A stretch of 64,000 nucleotides of DNA from an uncultured virus (IMG/VR IMGVR_UViG_3300047499_000023) (Duplodnaviria; Heunggongvirae; Uroviricota; Caudoviricetes), in the IMG/VR virus record IMGVR_UViG_3300047499_000023. The stretch is one strand, 5' to 3'. The number at the start of each line of letters is the position of its first letter. The stretch's first letter is position 1. The notes under the pieces are model-generated. The model searched no databases. It worked only from the letters and a program-made list of their open reading frames with translations, and was not told the DNA's origin. Shown piece by piece: positions 61,283 through 64,000 of the stretch. Both the position numbers and the translations under genes were made by a program.

Positions 61283-63756
61283 TCAAGAAATATCTCATTG
61301 CCGCGACGGCCATCGTTGTCGCCACCCTCTGCGGGATTCATGCCTGGTCGCAAGTCACGGCTTCGAAGGGCACGCACATCACCGTCAGCGGTGCATCGCT
61401 CGTGTTCAATTACACGACGTTCACCGGCTCGACGCCTGTCACGTCGATCGTGAATGGCGGCACGGGCAACGGTGTGAGCGGCGGCGTCGTCTATATAGCC
61501 CAAGGCAACGGGCACCACCAGGGCGGCTCCGTTTGGAACAATGCCCAGGTAAACATCCAGTCGTTCACGATGAACGCGACGTTCACGCTGCCGACGTACA
61601 ACGTGACGCTCACCGCGGGCAGCCCCAATATCACGCTGCCGTCGAATAATGGATTCACGTCCACACAGACAGCGACCTTCACCGCGTCGTCCGCATCGAT
61701 CGCCGCTTCGAATAATTTCGTGGCGGGCCTCCGAGTCACCTTCTCGAATTCTGGCGGCGCGCTTCCCACGGGCATCTCGGCGGGGACGCAATACTACGTT
61801 CTCTCAACCGGGCTCACCGGCTCGACGTTTGAAATATCGCTGACGAATGGCGGATCGGCCGTCGTCCCATCGAGCGCGGGAACCGGTACGCAGACCGTCA
61901 CCTACTCCGTTGACGGCATCAAATTTGGTGGAAATTTCTCCAACGTCACGGGGCTGACGCAGTACGGCTATTACTACATCGTGCAGATTTCCACGACGGG
62001 TGGAACGACCACGATTCAGGTGAGCTCGACCGCCGGCGGCACCCCAATCACCCTGGGCGGGACGGGCACGGCGTCGGCGTCCATCGTTCCGATCGTGGGC
62101 GCAGGGTTCAGCGTACAAACCAGCACCAACACGACGCAAGGCGGATCCGGATATTACGGGCTTCAATTTACTGGGGACGCAAATCTATCTGGCATCGGAG
62201 GGTATGCGACTTCCGGCGGCACTCAGTACCCGCTCGGCAACAGCATCAACATTAAGCTGGACATGGGCGCGTGCAACCAAACCGCCAACAGCTACGGGCC
62301 CGGCCAGACCTCAAACACCATTTCGCTGACGATCAACGGTGGACCGTTCAACTGCATCCAGCCGGTATTCGATCTAAACCCCTACGGCCTCGATCTTCAT
62401 TCCGGCGACCTCATGTCGATCAACGTCGTTTACGACGGCAGCAATCTCGATGTCACGATCGCCGACACGGTGACAAGCGCCCAGGCGCGTTTCATCTGGC
62501 CCATGTCGAACCTAACCAGCATTGTCGGCGGCAACACGGCCTACGTGGGATTCACGTCGGGCATGATCCCGGCCGCGCAGGCCTGGGTGAGCACCTGGTC
62601 CTACTCGACGGGATACAACCCGCGTCTGTCGGCACCCTCTTTTGGGAGCGTGACGCCCGGCCTCTATTCGTCATCGCAGACCGTGACGCTGACGGCCGCC
62701 GCCGGCGCCACGATCTATTACTCGACGAACGGACTCCCGCCGACGAGCTCGTCGACGCAGTACACCGGGCCTTTCACGGTGAGTTCGACCCAAAACATCC
62801 AGGCGATCGCCGTCAAGTCGGGCTACACGACAAGCTATCCGAGCGGCGGCGTCTTTGAGATCGCATCCGGCAGCCCGCCCAACATCAATTTCCCCTCGGG
62901 ATTCGCGTCGGCGGTTTCGTCCGGACAGATGGTGTTGAACGGCTACCCGTTCATCAGCGGGTCAAACCTGCAGCTCTCTCAAGCGCCTGGCGCGCAGGTG
63001 TTCAACATGGGGTCGGCCTGGTATGCCGTACCTCAGACTATCTCAACGTTCACGAGCAATTTCACTTTCTCCGCCTCGAGCCTGTTCAACAACGGCGGCG
63101 GCAGCCAGGTCGGGTTTCTTTACTGCCTGCAAAACTACTACCAGAGTCCCACGACCTACAACACGCCCCAGGATGGCGGATGGGTCACGGGCGGCCCTTC
63201 GTGGATGTTTGCGAACGCGGTCTCGCCGACCTCGTCGAGCCTGGTGAGCGGCATGGGATACGCGGCTGTCACGAACCAGGGGAGTTTGGTCGCGAATCAA
63301 ACGCCGGGCCTCGGCAACAGCGTCTGCGTTGCATTCGATCTCACGGCCGGCAGCTACGGCGGCGTCGGCGAGTACAGCGGCGGCGCACCGCCCACCGGCA
63401 ACACGGTCAACATGGCCTCGACGATGAACCTGTCGAACGGCGATCCGTACTCGGTGGCCTTGAGTTACGACGGCACGACGCTCTCGCTTCTGATGACGGA
63501 CACGCTCCATACCTCGAACACGTACTCGACCAGTTGGACGGTCAATATCCCGTCGCTGGTCGGCGGCTCGACGACGGCCTATGCGGGGTTCGTGACCGGG
63601 GAGGGGTACTCGATCGCCAACATCGCCTTGTCGAACTGGACGATGTACATGCTGCCGGTGTTTTGCATCCCGCGCGGCCGCGGCTATCGGCGCCGGAGGC
63701 GGTCAAAACGTCGTGGGGTACAAGACGCCAGTATCCGCGGGTTCGCCCAAGGCTAA
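61279..63756 (+). CDS. secreted tandem L-type lectin protein with a chitobiase/FN3-like linker domain
   Basis: Signal peptide ending AWS-Q; two GS.W.....I..F...F.F...Y DG..L...VGG.TAY.GF lectin units; P.F...PG.Y...Q.VTL...ATIYY.T.G..P...S..Y.GP. Confidence 0.8.
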   Translation: MIKKYLIAATAIVVATLCGIHAWSQVTASKGTHITVSGASLVFNYTTFTGSTPVTSIVNGGTGNGVSGGVVYIAQGNGHHQGGSVWNNAQVNIQSFTMNATFTLPTYNVTLTAGSPNITLPSNNGFTSTQTATFTASSASIAASNNFVAGLRVTFSNSGGALPTGISAGTQYYVLSTGLTGSTFEISLTNGGSAVVPSSAGTGTQTVTYSVDGIKFGGNFSNVTGLTQYGYYYIVQISTTGGTTTIQVSSTAGGTPITLGGTGTASASIVPIVGAGFSVQTSTNTTQGGSGYYGLQFTGDANLSGIGGYATSGGTQYPLGNSINIKLDMGACNQTANSYGPGQTSNTISLTINGGPFNCIQPVFDLNPYGLDLHSGDLMSINVVYDGSNLDVTIADTVTSAQARFIWPMSNLTSIVGGNTAYVGFTSGMIPAAQAWVSTWSYSTGYNPRLSAPSFGSVTPGLYSSSQTVTLTAAAGATIYYSTNGLPPTSSSTQYTGPFTVSSTQNIQAIAVKSGYTTSYPSGGVFEIASGSPPNINFPSGFASAVSSGQMVLNGYPFISGSNLQLSQAPGAQVFNMGSAWYAVPQTISTFTSNFTFSASSLFNNGGGSQVGFLYCLQNYYQSPTTYNTPQDGGWVTGGPSWMFANAVSPTSSSLVSGMGYAAVTNQGSLVANQTPGLGNSVCVAFDLTAGSYGGVGEYSGGAPPTGNTVNMASTMNLSNGDPYSVALSYDGTTLSLLMTDTLHTSNTYSTSWTVNIPSLVGGSTTAYAGFVTGEGYSIANIALSNWTMYMLPVFCIPRGRGYRRRRRSKRRGVQDASIRGFAQG

Positions 63757-63800
63757 AGGTGGCTCCCCCGTCCCGCGCTGGCGTACCGCGGGAGGATGTC

Positions 63801-64000
63801 TCATTGCTGGTTCGCGATCCCAGTATGCATGTCGACGTGGGTCGCGTTGGAGCTCGTCGACTTGAGCACGCCATTCTTGTCGAACAGCAGCACCGCCGTC
63901 TCGTTCGTCCCCTTGGCGCCGCCGGCAAAGAGCCCGACCACCGGCACATAGCTCGCCGCGGTCGCGTGCGCCGCCGTGTGCATGTACACGTCCGACTTGG
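63801..64000 (-). CDS. SmpA/BamE-like lipoprotein, partial (5' end outside the window)
   Basis: Y.H.......SY.PVVGLFAGG......L.FDKNG+L; convergent on the late operon. Confidence 0.6.
   Translation of the reverse strand, partial: KSDVYMHTAAHATAASYVPVVGLFAGGAKGTNETAVLLFDKNGVLKSTSSNATHVDMHTGIANQQ

Larger units (their letters stand above)
130..64000. mobile_element. Lambda-like siphovirus prophage, right end outside the window
   Basis: Integrase next to a tRNA, cI/cro switch, replication, terminase, portal, capsid, tail and lysis modules in lambdoid order; no second copy of the tRNA 3' end seen. Confidence 0.95.

Noticed and set aside
47555..63756. Diversity-generating retroelement or invertible tail-fibre cassette
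   Set aside because: No reverse transcriptase, TR/VR pair, invertase or inverted fibre fragments seen
63640..63756. PEP-CTERM sorting signal on the lectin protein
   Set aside because: No PEP motif and the hydrophobic stretch is too short for a TM helix; only the Arg cluster matches
63757..64000. attR (duplicate of the tRNA 3' end)
   Set aside because: No copy of GTTCGAATCTCTCCGGGCGCGCCA was seen elsewhere in the window by eye

Overview
The window is almost entirely one temperate, lambda-like (long non-contractile tail) prophage integrated at the 3' end of a host tRNA-Arg(ACG) gene (53-129). The right attachment site is not visible, so the prophage probably extends beyond 64 kb. Gene order: integrase/excisionase and a leftward early operon (DnaJ-domain protein, MT-A70 methyltransferase, HerA-like ATPase, exonuclease, Bet recombinase); a cI/cro switch with four readable 15-bp operators; replication and Q-like genes; a lambda cosQ-like site at about 19146, roughly 8 kb upstream of the terminase; an SGNH esterase; an inverted cluster of small genes (DUF932, beta-clamp-like, ASCH); ParB plus an ABC-ATPase/GNAT fusion; then GpA terminase, portal, protease-capsid fusion, tail genes and lysis genes. 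The most unusual content is two blocks of Thr/Ser/Gly/Ala-rich fibre or decoration-like genes (37.0-41.6 kb and 55.5-63.8 kb). They reuse short shared motifs and carry glycan-binding or glycan-cleaving domains (GH16-like, TIM-barrel GH-like, L-lectin, Ig, FN3) and a degenerate subtilase. Three of these genes have Sec-type signal peptides, which is unexpected in a virion operon. The tail tube gene appears to make a short form and an N-terminally Ig-extended form from nested starts. All product calls come from motif recognition by eye; no database searches were run.
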